From: Akkermansia muciniphila ATCC BAA-835
GTDB taxonomy: Bacteria; Verrucomicrobiota; Verrucomicrobiia; Verrucomicrobiales; Akkermansiaceae
Reading direction: 5' to 3'
Assembly: GCF_000020225.1 (NCBI RefSeq)
Contig: NC_010655.1
Span: 600,001 to 632,000, forward strand
DNA length: 32,000 bases
Shown piece by piece: positions 1-8,886 of the stretch. The notes beneath the pieces are model-generated. The model was not told the origin of the DNA, ran no database searches, and was given only the letters and a program-made list of their open reading frames with translations. Each line of letters begins with the position of its first letter. The stretch's first letter is position 1. A program made the position numbers and the translations under genes.

Positions 1-134
1 GGTTTGAACGCCAGATAACGCAGGATCACCACCATCAGAATGAAAGCGATCAGGTTGGCAACAAAAGGTTCCCAACTCGTTACCCCAAAGGGAGCAAAAG
101 GATTCCAGGCTTGGTCAGCTATGAGATTCAGCAT
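1..134 (-). CDS. atpF: F-type ATP synthase subunit b, N-terminal fragment; the gene runs off the window start
   Basis: A reverse-strand ATG at 134-132 opens a stop-free frame to position 1: MLNLIADQAWNPFAPFGVTSWEPFVANLIAFILMVVILRYLAFK. It has a single N-terminal TM helix and sits directly downstream of atpB-atpE, which is the position and architecture of subunit b. It is too short to appear in the ORF track. Confidence 0.55.
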   Translation of the reverse strand, partial: MLNLIADQAWNPFAPFGVTSWEPFVANLIAFILMVVILRYLAFK

Positions 135-236
135 AAGATGAGCGGTTTGAACATGCCGGAAATTTTCCGAAACCGGCAGGGAACGGGCGCACCGCCCCGG
201 AGCGGAGAAGCTCCCTCCGGGGGCGAAACTTCCGTT

Positions 237-458
237 TTATTTCACAAAGATGGAGATCAGGGCCACGCCTTCAATCAGGGCCGCCAGCGTGATGGCAATC
301 ACCATAATGGGGGAGGAAGCTCCGGGGTTGCGTCCGGTGGCTTCCGCGGCTTTCGCGCCAATGAGGCCAATGCCGAGGCCGGCGCCGATGGTGACGAGGC
401 CGAAACCTACGTTGCCGGACAGTTCGGCCAGGGAGGTCATTGCGATAGGATCAATCAT
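237..458 (-). CDS. atpE: F-type ATP synthase subunit c (73 aa)
   Basis: This is an internal Met of track ORF 237..608(-): MIDPIAMTSLAELSGNVGFGLVTIGAGLGIGLIGAKAAEATGRNPGASSPIMVIAITLAALIEGVALISIFVK. It is a two-helix hairpin with a Gly-rich helix 1, a polar R-N-P loop and the helix-2 carboxylate (LIEGV). There is no Gln in helix 1, so it is probably the H+ type. The start could instead be the Met at 440. Confidence 0.9.
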   Translation of the reverse strand: MIDPIAMTSLAELSGNVGFGLVTIGAGLGIGLIGAKAAEATGRNPGASSPIMVIAITLAALIEGVALISIFVK

Positions 459-540
459 GTTATTGGTATGGTTTATGTTTTTTGTTGAACGTTCCCCCAC
501 AGGTTGCCCATGGTCCGGAACGGAAAGCTGGCGGTACGGT

Positions 541-1479
541 TTATGAGGTTTTTCCAGGCGGCAGGCGGTCCGGCACGGGAAGTTCCTTCTCCTCATTTTT
601 GGAAGCATGGCCGTGGGCGTTATCGTCCCCCACCTGAAGTTTCAGGAAAATCGCCGTCAGAAGCAGGAAAACCAGGGCCTGGATGAACCCCACCAGCAGT
701 TCGATCGCCAGAAACGGCAGTACGCACAGGGAGCTGAGTACGGGCCCGAACATATGGGCCATGGTGTCAATAATCGTTTCCCCGGCGTAAATATTGCCGT
801 AAAGACGAGCGGCCAGCGCAATGGGGCGAATCGTGATGCTCAGGACATCCACCAGTCCCACAAAAATGAAGATGAACACCAGCACGAATCCCATGAACCC
901 CGGCAGTCTCCCCTTGGGGCCGAACAGGTGAATAAAGAAGCCTTTCAGCCCCTGCTCCCGGATAGACCAGTAAAGCCACATCAGCGCATAAAAAATACCC
1001 AGGAACATCGTCACGTTCATGTCCGCATTCGCGCCGCGGAACAGCGGCACCCCATGATAGGTGATGGTTCCCACCCCGGGAAGAAGCCCCATGTAATTGC
1101 TGACCAGAATAATGGTGAAAATAGTTCCGAAGTACCAGAAGTACTTGCGCGTCAGGCGCGGACCCAGAAGGGACTGGACAAAGTTGTACAGAGTTTCAAA
1201 AAAGTATTCCACCGCATTCTGTAAACGGGAAGGCAGGATGCGCATGGAGCGGGTGGCGGACCATACGACCACCCCTATCAAAAGAACCGCCAGAAAAAGC
1301 ATCAGCATCGAGTTGGACACCGGGAGCTCAATGCCTCCGGGCAGAGGTATGGAAAACAAATGGGGAGCGGCCTGTTCCAATCCGTGCTCCGCTCCTTCCT
1401 CCGCCGCACAGGCGCTGCCGCCCATAACGCCGGACACGGTCAATGCCGCCAACCACAGGAACTGGAAAAATCTGCTCAT
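541..1479 (-). CDS. atpB: F-type ATP synthase subunit a (312 aa)
   Basis: Track ORF 541..1623(-), with the start moved to MSRFFQFLW (cat at 1477-1479). The essential-Arg stator motif is present as IALAARLYGNIYAGETI (compare E. coli LSLRLFGNMYAGE). It is a polytopic membrane protein. It has a signal-like N-terminus and a roughly 30-aa hydrophilic C-terminal tail. It lies upstream of atpE and atpF. Confidence 0.9.
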   Translation of the reverse strand: MSRFFQFLWLAALTVSGVMGGSACAAEEGAEHGLEQAAPHLFSIPLPGGIELPVSNSMLMLFLAVLLIGVVVWSATRSMRILPSRLQNAVEYFFETLYNFVQSLLGPRLTRKYFWYFGTIFTIILVSNYMGLLPGVGTITYHGVPLFRGANADMNVTMFLGIFYALMWLYWSIREQGLKGFFIHLFGPKGRLPGFMGFVLVFIFIFVGLVDVLSITIRPIALAARLYGNIYAGETIIDTMAHMFGPVLSSLCVLPFLAIELLVGFIQALVFLLLTAIFLKLQVGDDNAHGHASKNEEKELPVPDRLPPGKTS

Positions 1480-1690
1480 TGTCTGTCTTTTACCATTACT
1501 CGTGCCAACTCCTGTAAATACTGGAAAAAGGAATCCATTCCCTTTATTTGACGGTTTTGATTGTGGACTCTCCTCTTTATTTTGGCAAGCCCAAAACTCG
1601 GCACGCACACAAATTATATACATTTGTACATAATCTTGAAAGAAACCTGGATGCCCGTTACAACATCAACAAAATCTTTTCTCCATCAAC

Positions 1691-1721
1691 AAAAAAGCTT
1701 CCGGGAATCCATCCCGGAAGC
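1691..1721 (-). terminator. Rho-independent terminator downstream of the 733-aa lipoprotein gene
   Basis: A 10-bp perfect stem, gcttccggga (1697-1706) / tcccggaagc (1712-1721), with a 5-nt loop. On the minus strand it is followed by TTTTTT (1696-1691). It lies 24 nt after the stop codon at 1745-1747. Confidence 0.65.
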
Positions 1722-1744
1722 CTGCAGGCAGAACTGAAGGGCCG

Positions 1745-3946
1745 TTACTTGGCGGCGGAAATAATATGGATGTGGTACACGTCTCTGCCGTCCGCGGCCT
1801 TGCGCCCCGTGGCATGAATTCCCGTAACATCGGAAGTGATTACATCGAGGGTTTCCACAGCATTCCGAAGCTCCCTGCTGCTTTCCGCCGCGCTCTTCAG
1901 GGCGTCACGGACCGGAACCAGGTTAAGCTGAAATTCGAGAGGGGCTCCCTGTACCGGAGATTTCACGGATTCCCTGAGGACTTCCATACCGAAGGCCTTC
2001 GGCATACTGACCGCCCAGCGGGTATCGGAAATGCTTACCACCGGGTTCAGATCGGCGCCCAAAGGACACTGGTAATCGTAGGTAGTGATATCCCCGTCCA
2101 CAGAAGACTGGGGAGCGGGCAACTCCGCCATTTTACCCTGGCTGGCCAGAGTGACGACGGTTTTGGCGGCATTAGCCACTTTCTGCCAGGCTTCTCCCAG
2201 GGCGGCGCGGTTTTTCACTTCATATGCAGCGGAGAAACGCGGCGCCGGCACATTCTTGAGCATGGGACTGGGAGCGCCCTGCATGTCCATAATGAACACG
2301 CCTGAACCCGTAAGGCCGGAAAGAGCAGTTTTATAAGCCTTCCAGAGCTCCTCAATGGTAGGCCTGGCCATCTGGATCATAGGGGCGGCCATGCGCACCT
2401 GATCGCTCACATCATGCTTCGGATTGGAAATATAGGCATTGCCGTAGTCCCATACAATCTGGGCAATATTACCGCACAGGGAACAACCCATATCCATCAT
2501 CTGCGGATTGACCGTGCAGGAGGAATACAGCACCGTGGACGCGCCAGGACGCACGGCACTCATGGCGGAAGGAGCGTCCAACTTGTAGAATTCCAGCGGA
2601 TATGTGCATGCTTCCACATGCACCCCCTGATCCTGCCACGAGAAGTAGGAAACGGCCGTAGCATTCCGGGCCAGCTTTTCATACATGCCAAGCATGCTGG
2701 CCTTGATGGAATCCAGCGCCGTCATGGAAGGAGCCAGATCGGCAATTTTCCAATCGGCGCCTATCGTCTGCATCACATCCTTCAACCCGGTGAGCATGCC
2801 CTTGTAATAGGCCAAATCCATGTTAATAACCCCTTTGACGGAAGCTTTGTCTGCGAACAGCAGCCCATAAGCCGGATACTGGAACCGTGCATCCGCCATG
2901 GAGAAATCAGGACGGGACAGCATGGATTCCTGGGGTGAAGAGGCGATACGGACCTGTTTTTCAGGATTGGTGGTTATAAAGCCTACCAGGGTATCATCCA
3001 CAAAAGAGACGGCCACATACAGCCTGGATTCATCCAGACGAACGAGCGCCGCCTTAAGACGGTCCATATTTTCCCGGGAAATCTCCATCCGGTCTTTCGC
3101 CTCATCCAGCATTTCTTCCAGCTTCGCACGCACTTTTTTGCAGTCCACTTCCGCTACCTTGCAGGCCAGGCCATTGTAGGTCTTTTCATACAGGGAAACC
3201 ATTCCATGCAGCTCCATATCCTCCTGGAGATTGGCGTCCTTCAGGAAAGCTTTGGCCTGGGCCTGGGCTTCCGGCGTCAGTTTGGCGGCAATCATCACAG
3301 GCGCCGTCGCAGCCTGGGAAGGGCGTAAATCCATCAGCTCAGCCCACTGCACAATCATCTCGGCCCCCTGGCCGCCCATGACCTCCGCCCCCGCACCATC
3401 GGCATCCTCATTTCCATCCTTTACCCCCTGGAAAAGCTTGTAAACGGACAAAATTTCCTTCATCTGGTTCAGGCCCATCTTGGTAAAAGAGGACTGCGCG
3501 CTATCCAGCCACGGAGCCCATTCGGGACCCAAGCCGATCATCGCGTCAATGACAGGGCTGCTGAAAGAACATTTCCGCTGCACGGGTTCGGAAGCGTCTT
3601 CTCCCGGAATGGCTATGGATTCATCGGCCTCCTCCCCGGAGGAGCAGGAACTCCAGGTTTTCACCATGTTCAAATTCTGAACGCTCTTCATGATGCCGGG
3701 AATATCGTAAACACCCGCCATCATCCCCATTTCCTTGGGAAAGAGAGCGGCTATTCCGAGCCGTTCGGCACGCTTCGCCACCAGGTCGGGAGCCACGGAA
3801 GCCAAAGGATCAAGAGAGGCGGCGGGAGTCAAGCCGGCTGCATCCTGCCCGGCCTTGGCGGAAGATGATTGATGATCGTCAGAGCAGGCGGCAAGAGCGC
3901 AGGTCAGCACAAAACAGGGTATGGAGTAGAAATAATGCTTTTTCAT
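1745..3946 (-). CDS. Hypothetical lipoprotein, 733 aa, no recognisable domain
   Basis: Track ORF 1745..3982(-), with the start moved to MKKHYFYSIPCFVLTCALAAC|SDD, a lipobox with Cys. It is a long stop-free frame with normal, Met-rich amino-acid composition. All competing frames are shorter than 180 aa and low-complexity. Confidence 0.8.
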   Translation of the reverse strand: MKKHYFYSIPCFVLTCALAACSDDHQSSSAKAGQDAAGLTPAASLDPLASVAPDLVAKRAERLGIAALFPKEMGMMAGVYDIPGIMKSVQNLNMVKTWSSCSSGEEADESIAIPGEDASEPVQRKCSFSSPVIDAMIGLGPEWAPWLDSAQSSFTKMGLNQMKEILSVYKLFQGVKDGNEDADGAGAEVMGGQGAEMIVQWAELMDLRPSQAATAPVMIAAKLTPEAQAQAKAFLKDANLQEDMELHGMVSLYEKTYNGLACKVAEVDCKKVRAKLEEMLDEAKDRMEISRENMDRLKAALVRLDESRLYVAVSFVDDTLVGFITTNPEKQVRIASSPQESMLSRPDFSMADARFQYPAYGLLFADKASVKGVINMDLAYYKGMLTGLKDVMQTIGADWKIADLAPSMTALDSIKASMLGMYEKLARNATAVSYFSWQDQGVHVEACTYPLEFYKLDAPSAMSAVRPGASTVLYSSCTVNPQMMDMGCSLCGNIAQIVWDYGNAYISNPKHDVSDQVRMAAPMIQMARPTIEELWKAYKTALSGLTGSGVFIMDMQGAPSPMLKNVPAPRFSAAYEVKNRAALGEAWQKVANAAKTVVTLASQGKMAELPAPQSSVDGDITTYDYQCPLGADLNPVVSISDTRWAVSMPKAFGMEVLRESVKSPVQGAPLEFQLNLVPVRDALKSAAESSRELRNAVETLDVITSDVTGIHATGRKAADGRDVYHIHIISAAK

Positions 3947-4238
3947 TATCTTTAAACATGGGGTCATGATGCCATCCGGCAAGCGCGCTGCTTCCTTGCG
4001 GCAACAGCCCCTATCGGCGCATCTTTCCCATTATACAGGCGTTTCCCCGCACGACGCAAGCACAATGCAAAACATTAACGCACTCAGGGCGTGCATGACG
4101 TTGCTGCGTGAAAAACCTTTTAAGCGCCGCCAGCTATCCCCGTATCCGCCAGATTTTCCTTTTTCCCCCGCCAATATTGTCCGGGAAAAAGCCGTTCCGG
4201 AAACCGCAAAAACTCTCCGGCTTTCTCTAAGAACCGGA

Positions 4239-6707
4239 TTAAAGAGGTTCCGCCATGGGAATATCATCCTCCGGCAGGGGAGACTGCGGCGCAGGAGTGT
4301 TTACGGAGGTGGAACGGTTAAGATGGCGGGGAATCTGCTGGGGCAGTCCGGGGATGTAATCGGAATCACCCCGGCGCGGCGTGAGGGGGGCCGCAGAAGG
4401 CTCCTCCGACAACGGAGGCGCCGACGGCCCGGCAGGCCTTGAGGAGCCGCCCACCGGAGTTGCCTTGATTTCAGCATCGGAAGAGTCATCCAGATCGGCA
4501 GGGATTTCATCAGCCTTGATCGGCTCCATCCCTTCCGGATCATACAAGCCGGGCGGCAGGTTGTCCGGCACGACGGCAGGCGCTCCGCTCCGTTCCCGAA
4601 GAGCGGCCGCGGCCGTTTCCGGGGTCTCCTCCACCGGTTCCGCCACCGGGATGTCATCTTTGGGCGGGTCAATAATAGCCTTGATGTCTTTTTTCTCCGT
4701 TTCGAAAAATTCCTTTACGATGGGAGCGGCGGCAGCCCCCCCGCCCAGCCGTTCGTGGGCGCGGCCTTCATACAGCACCACATAGGCAAAGCGCGGATTG
4801 TCGCAGGGCATGAAACCGGCGAACCACGCCAGACGCTTGTCTTCCCGTTCCGGCCCCCATTGGGCCGTTCCGGATTTGCCGGCGATACTGGCATAAGACA
4901 GGCGTGCACGCCCCCCCGTACCGGCTTCAACCACTTCCCTCATCCCCTTGCGCACGCTGGACAGAGCACGCTCATAGGCAGGCAGAGGACGTTGAACTTC
5001 CTGGGGCTTGGGCGCGTAAACGACATTGGCGTTGCCGTCCTGAATCTGCTTGATGAGCTGGAGCCTGGGCAGATACCCGTTTGCCACGCCGGACATCATG
5101 TGCGCCACCTGGAGGGGCGTAACCAGCAACGTCCCCTGGCCGATGGACAAATTGGCGGCATCCCCGGACATGAAATCGCGCTTGTAATTGCGGATCATAT
5201 AATCACTGGTCGGCACCAGGCCGGGATCGTCCGGAATGGGCAGGCCGGTCCGTTCCCCCAGGCCGAAGGCGCGGGCCGTATCCATCAGGGCTTCCGCACC
5301 CAGCTTCAGGCCCATCTGGTACATGAACGGATTATTGGACATCGCCAGGGCGCGGACACAGTTGATATCCCCCAGGGGAGTCTTGCTCCAGTTTTTGAAC
5401 ACGTGGTTGCCGATCGTCACGGAAGCCGGGCAGTAAACGAGCGTATTTTCCGTGATTTTGTTGTTCCTCAAGGCACTGGCTACCGTCAGGACTTTAAATG
5501 TGGAAGCGGGGGGATAACGGCCCTGGAAAGCACGGGCGCCCAGAGGACCGGCAGGATCATTGCGCAAAGCATCGTAATCTTTCTGGGATATGTTTGGAAT
5601 GAACATGTTCGGGTCATAGGACGGCGTGGACGCCATCACCAGAACTTCACCCGTCACGCAGTCCAGCACCACCATGGCGCCGCGCCTCTTGCCGCGGGAA
5701 AGGATGCGTTCCGCATCCTTCTGCCATTTCAGGTTGAGGGTGGTGACGACAGCCCCGCCGGGCTTGGGGCGTATTTGCAGTTCATCCAGAATTTTATTGC
5801 CGTCTTCGTCAAACATCAAGCGCCATACGCCGGGCGTTCCGGTCAGATTTTTGTTGAATTCCTTTTCCAGCCCCGCACGGCCTTCCACCTGCTCCCAAAG
5901 CGGATCCATGTGGTTGATGGGGCCGGTTGGCAGTTTTCCCTTGGACCCCACATAGCCGATGATATGGCCGGCGATTTCCTTCTCCGGATAGGAACGGATG
6001 TAAATGGGCAGCAGCTGGAGGCCGCGCACACTTTTCACCTTATCCTTCAGCTTTTCCGCTTCCTCCGCACGAATGACGTTCGTGAGCGGAAGAGGCAGCC
6101 AGCGGCGGTGCTCATAATGTTTCCAGAGCTGTTCGTCGGAAAAAGACCACGCCTTTCCGGCAATTTTTTTGGCCTGTTCCAAACAGTTGCGCCCGAATTC
6201 CACCACGCGGGAACGGTCGGGGTTTTCAAAAATTTCAAACCGCAAAGCCAGCTGGTAGGCTACGGAAGTCACGGCCAGCGGTTCCCCGTTGCGGTCCAGG
6301 ATGGGGCCGCGCGGAGCGGGAATCAGCAGAGCCATGGTCCTGGCGGAAGGCCGCGTGCTGGTGTGCGCTTCCCGCGCAGCGTCCAGCCGACCTCCGCCAA
6401 GGGAAGGAATCAGGGACAGGGAATCCAAGCCATTCTGCTCCTTTTCCGTTTCCCTGGGCATCTCCGGAGCGGCGGCCACGCCTTCCTGTTCGCCGGAAGC
6501 CGTGTCGGAATCCTTCTTTTTGTCCCCCAGGTCAACCGTTTCCACGGCGTCATCCTCTCCGCGCTGTTCCACCGCAGCCCGGCCAGCGACCGCTCCCCCC
6601 CGGGAAGACGGGCGGCGCGTGGAAGCCTGGCCCCAGGCTGTATCCGCCGTCCACGCGGCCAAACCGGCCAACAATACCAGGGAACGTATCAGAACCTTTA
6701 TTTTCAT
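4239..6707 (-). CDS. mrdA: Class B penicillin-binding protein (PBP2-type peptidoglycan D,D-transpeptidase) with disordered N- and C-terminal extensions
   Basis: Track ORF 4239..6728(-), with the start at MKIKVLIRSLVLLAGLAAW. The transpeptidase motifs are present: SxxK (PPASTFKV), SxN (AMSNNPF) and K[ST]G (GKSGTAQ). A PBP-dimerisation-type region is present (GRAGLEKEFNKNLTGTPG). It is not in a dcw cluster, so I call it PBP2 rather than FtsI. Confidence 0.88.
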   Translation of the reverse strand: MKIKVLIRSLVLLAGLAAWTADTAWGQASTRRPSSRGGAVAGRAAVEQRGEDDAVETVDLGDKKKDSDTASGEQEGVAAAPEMPRETEKEQNGLDSLSLIPSLGGGRLDAAREAHTSTRPSARTMALLIPAPRGPILDRNGEPLAVTSVAYQLALRFEIFENPDRSRVVEFGRNCLEQAKKIAGKAWSFSDEQLWKHYEHRRWLPLPLTNVIRAEEAEKLKDKVKSVRGLQLLPIYIRSYPEKEIAGHIIGYVGSKGKLPTGPINHMDPLWEQVEGRAGLEKEFNKNLTGTPGVWRLMFDEDGNKILDELQIRPKPGGAVVTTLNLKWQKDAERILSRGKRRGAMVVLDCVTGEVLVMASTPSYDPNMFIPNISQKDYDALRNDPAGPLGARAFQGRYPPASTFKVLTVASALRNNKITENTLVYCPASVTIGNHVFKNWSKTPLGDINCVRALAMSNNPFMYQMGLKLGAEALMDTARAFGLGERTGLPIPDDPGLVPTSDYMIRNYKRDFMSGDAANLSIGQGTLLVTPLQVAHMMSGVANGYLPRLQLIKQIQDGNANVVYAPKPQEVQRPLPAYERALSSVRKGMREVVEAGTGGRARLSYASIAGKSGTAQWGPEREDKRLAWFAGFMPCDNPRFAYVVLYEGRAHERLGGGAAAAPIVKEFFETEKKDIKAIIDPPKDDIPVAEPVEETPETAAAALRERSGAPAVVPDNLPPGLYDPEGMEPIKADEIPADLDDSSDAEIKATPVGGSSRPAGPSAPPLSEEPSAAPLTPRRGDSDYIPGLPQQIPRHLNRSTSVNTPAPQSPLPEDDIPMAEPL

Positions 6708-6766
6708 CAGCTTGCAGGATTGTGGCAAATATACCGCAAGGAATCAACGATTATTCACGCTCACGC

Positions 6767-7396
6767 TTATTCCTGAACGATGACGGTTGTTCCCAGGCCG
6801 CATTTGTCAAACAGAATGCGGCATGCCTCCACCGGAACCCGGATGCACCCGTGGGAATTGGCGTCCCGGAACACGGTGCCCACATGCAGCCCTATCCCGC
6901 CGTGAATGCGCATCCAAAGAGGCATTTTGGCGCCGATGAATTTACCGCCGGGAGGCACGCGGGAAGAAGAGGTAGCATCCGAATTCACGCACAAACCGCT
7001 TGCATCAAACACGCTGCCGTAAGACCGGGAACGGTAATCCGCATCTTTTTGGATGATGGAAAACTTGCCGCGCGGCGTTTTATGGGCGGATTTGCCCGTG
7101 CAAACGGGAAAGTTCATAGCCGGCTTGCCATCAACCAACAACACGCCGCGCTGATCCTTCAGATGAATGACGATTTTGCTGTTCCGCGTCCCCGCCTGGC
7201 GGATACGCTCGTCATGATACCAGATATCGCGCGTGAAGCGGTACTGGGGATCCGCAACAAAAGCTTCATAGGAAGAAGCATATCTGCCGTCCTTCATCAA
7301 CGGCTTTCCATGAGGCGTCCTGGGCGTGGAGGAACAGGCAGCCAGCAGCAGGGAAACACACAGGAAAAGAAGAAACGGGAGAGCGGCGTGCGGCAT
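6767..7396 (-). CDS. L,D-transpeptidase (YkuD-family) lipoprotein, 209 aa
   Basis: C-terminal YkuD signature: MRIHGGIGLHVGTVFRDANSHGCIRVPVEACRILFD (His...Ser-His-Gly-Cys-Ile-Arg). The start was chosen at MPHAALPFLLFLCVSLLLAAC|SS (lipobox, cat at 7394-7396). The longer track ORF (to 7897) would overlap the divergent gene. Confidence 0.85.
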   Translation of the reverse strand: MPHAALPFLLFLCVSLLLAACSSTPRTPHGKPLMKDGRYASSYEAFVADPQYRFTRDIWYHDERIRQAGTRNSKIVIHLKDQRGVLLVDGKPAMNFPVCTGKSAHKTPRGKFSIIQKDADYRSRSYGSVFDASGLCVNSDATSSSRVPPGGKFIGAKMPLWMRIHGGIGLHVGTVFRDANSHGCIRVPVEACRILFDKCGLGTTVIVQE

Positions 7397-7526
7397 GCGG
7401 CCTGCTTTACCCTCTTCCCCCGTGGAAATCAAGCACGATTCCCCTCCGTTCCGGCATGTTTGGAGTAATCCTGATAAAGACGCCCGTTTATGCCCGTATC
7501 TGTTTCCGTTCTTTCTCTCTGCCGTC

Positions 7527-8639
7527 ATGAATGCCGCTTCTTCCGTTCCCACCCGTTCTCCCCGCCTGCACTCCCTGGACGCCCTGCGCGGGCTGGACAT
7601 GCTCATTATCCTAGGGCTGGACGCCCTGATTCTGCTTCTGGCCTCCAGAAATCCGGAAAACGGCTTCCTGCAAGAAGCCGCGCGCCAGATGACCCATGCC
7701 CGTTGGGAAGGATTACACCTGTACGATCTGGTATTTCCCGTCTTTGTATTCATATCGGGCGCCTCCATGTCCTTCTCCCTGGCGAAATACACCGGCACCT
7801 CCATCGCCCCCGGACTCTTCCATCTCTGGAAACGGGCTTTCGGCCTGGCTTTTCTGGGCCTTCTGGTCAACGGAACGCTTACCTGGACGGAAAGCATGCG
7901 TTACGCCTCCGTTCTGGGACTGATCGGTTTTTCCTGCGCTATTGCAGGAACCTGCATCCTGCTGTGCCGCCGGACGGGGGCGGTTGCCTCAGCAGCGGGA
8001 TTCATCCTGGTCCTCATTACCCTGCTTCAGTTCACCTGCGGCAATTTTACGCCGGACGGCTCCGTCAACTCATGGGTGGACAGGCACTGGCTCCCCGGCC
8101 GTCTGCATGGGGGAGTTTTTGACCCGGAAGGCCCGCTCTGCGTCGTTTCCGCCTCCGCCCTGTGCATGGGAGGATGGATAGCGGGAAAGTTTTTGAAAGA
8201 AAGCCGGCTCCCCCCCGTGCGCCTCTGCACGGCAATGGCAGGAGCGGGCCTTCTCCTTTTCTGCACCGCCAGGATGCTGGACGGCACCTACCCCATCATT
8301 AAAAGCATGTGGACAGGGACCTTCGTCCTGGCCGCCGCCGGCATTTCCCTGACGTTTCTTTCCCTGTTTCATCTGGCCGTTGATGTGTGGAACGAAGGGA
8401 AATGGGCCCAATGGGCATTTCCCCTCCGCGTTATCGGCATAAACGCCCTGGCCGCCTACCTCATCCACTCCCTGCTCAATGTGCATGAACTTAACCGTCG
8501 CATCTTCAGCGGCATGGCAGACCTCTTCCCCCCGTTCCAGCCCGTCTTCCTTGCCGTGTCCCTTCTGCTGCTGCAATGGCTGGCCTTGCTCTTCCTTGAC
8601 AGGCGGCGACTGCCTTTCATCAAAAAAGCGGTCAAATGA
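7527..8639 (+). CDS. Polytopic membrane protein of the DUF5009 / heparan-alpha-glucosaminide N-acetyltransferase-like (NagX-like) acyltransferase family
   Basis: Start at MNAASS (atg at 7527). The N-terminal family signature is RLHSLDALRGLDMLIILG, followed by HARWEGLHLYDLVFPVFVFISGASMSFS, DPEGPL and roughly 10 predicted TM segments. Confidence 0.75.
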   Translation: MNAASSVPTRSPRLHSLDALRGLDMLIILGLDALILLLASRNPENGFLQEAARQMTHARWEGLHLYDLVFPVFVFISGASMSFSLAKYTGTSIAPGLFHLWKRAFGLAFLGLLVNGTLTWTESMRYASVLGLIGFSCAIAGTCILLCRRTGAVASAAGFILVLITLLQFTCGNFTPDGSVNSWVDRHWLPGRLHGGVFDPEGPLCVVSASALCMGGWIAGKFLKESRLPPVRLCTAMAGAGLLLFCTARMLDGTYPIIKSMWTGTFVLAAAGISLTFLSLFHLAVDVWNEGKWAQWAFPLRVIGINALAAYLIHSLLNVHELNRRIFSGMADLFPPFQPVFLAVSLLLLQWLALLFLDRRRLPFIKKAVK

Positions 8640-8886
8640 CCAGGCGGCGGATACCCCGGCCATGGTTGCCGGTGCTCCCCGAAAAAACGGATACTCCCCT
8701 GTGAAACGGCCAGCCAACATTATCTCTTTCCCCCAAAGCCCTAAAAGGAGAAATAAAGCGGAAACATCATTTTTTGCTCGTTTCAGGGAAAAGCTCTGCC
8801 ACCCTTTCCGGAAAGAGGCCAAGCACGTTCCTTCCATGATTGTCTTCCGGTTCCCCTGCCCCATTTCCTAACCCCATGATCATTCC

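Noticed and set aside
4755-6776. A 673-aa plus-strand ORF. Similar long ORFs occur at 24947..26842(+) 631 aa, 10399..12036(-) 545 aa, 27778..29232(-) 484 aa, 23199..24545(-) 448 aa, 17133..18275(-) 380 aa, 9037..10173(-) 378 aa, 29533..30420(-) and 15239..16060(-).
   Set aside because: Each one lies antisense to a gene with unambiguous family motifs (PBP2, GreA, GH36 and its neighbour, purL, tkt, the QW-repeat protein, kdsD). Their translations are R/G/H/P/Q-rich low-complexity sequence with no motifs. This is the usual stop-poor shadow frame of moderately GC-rich coding DNA.
6767-7897. Longer N-terminal versions of several track ORFs: 6767..7897, 7326..8639, 11933..13135, 541..1623, 237..608, 1745..3982, 16266..17105 and 27706..28338.
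   Set aside because: The extensions overlap divergent neighbours or a terminator stem. They are Arg/Pro-rich and precede an internal Met that yields a clean signal peptide, lipobox or family-typical N-terminus. I therefore used the internal starts.
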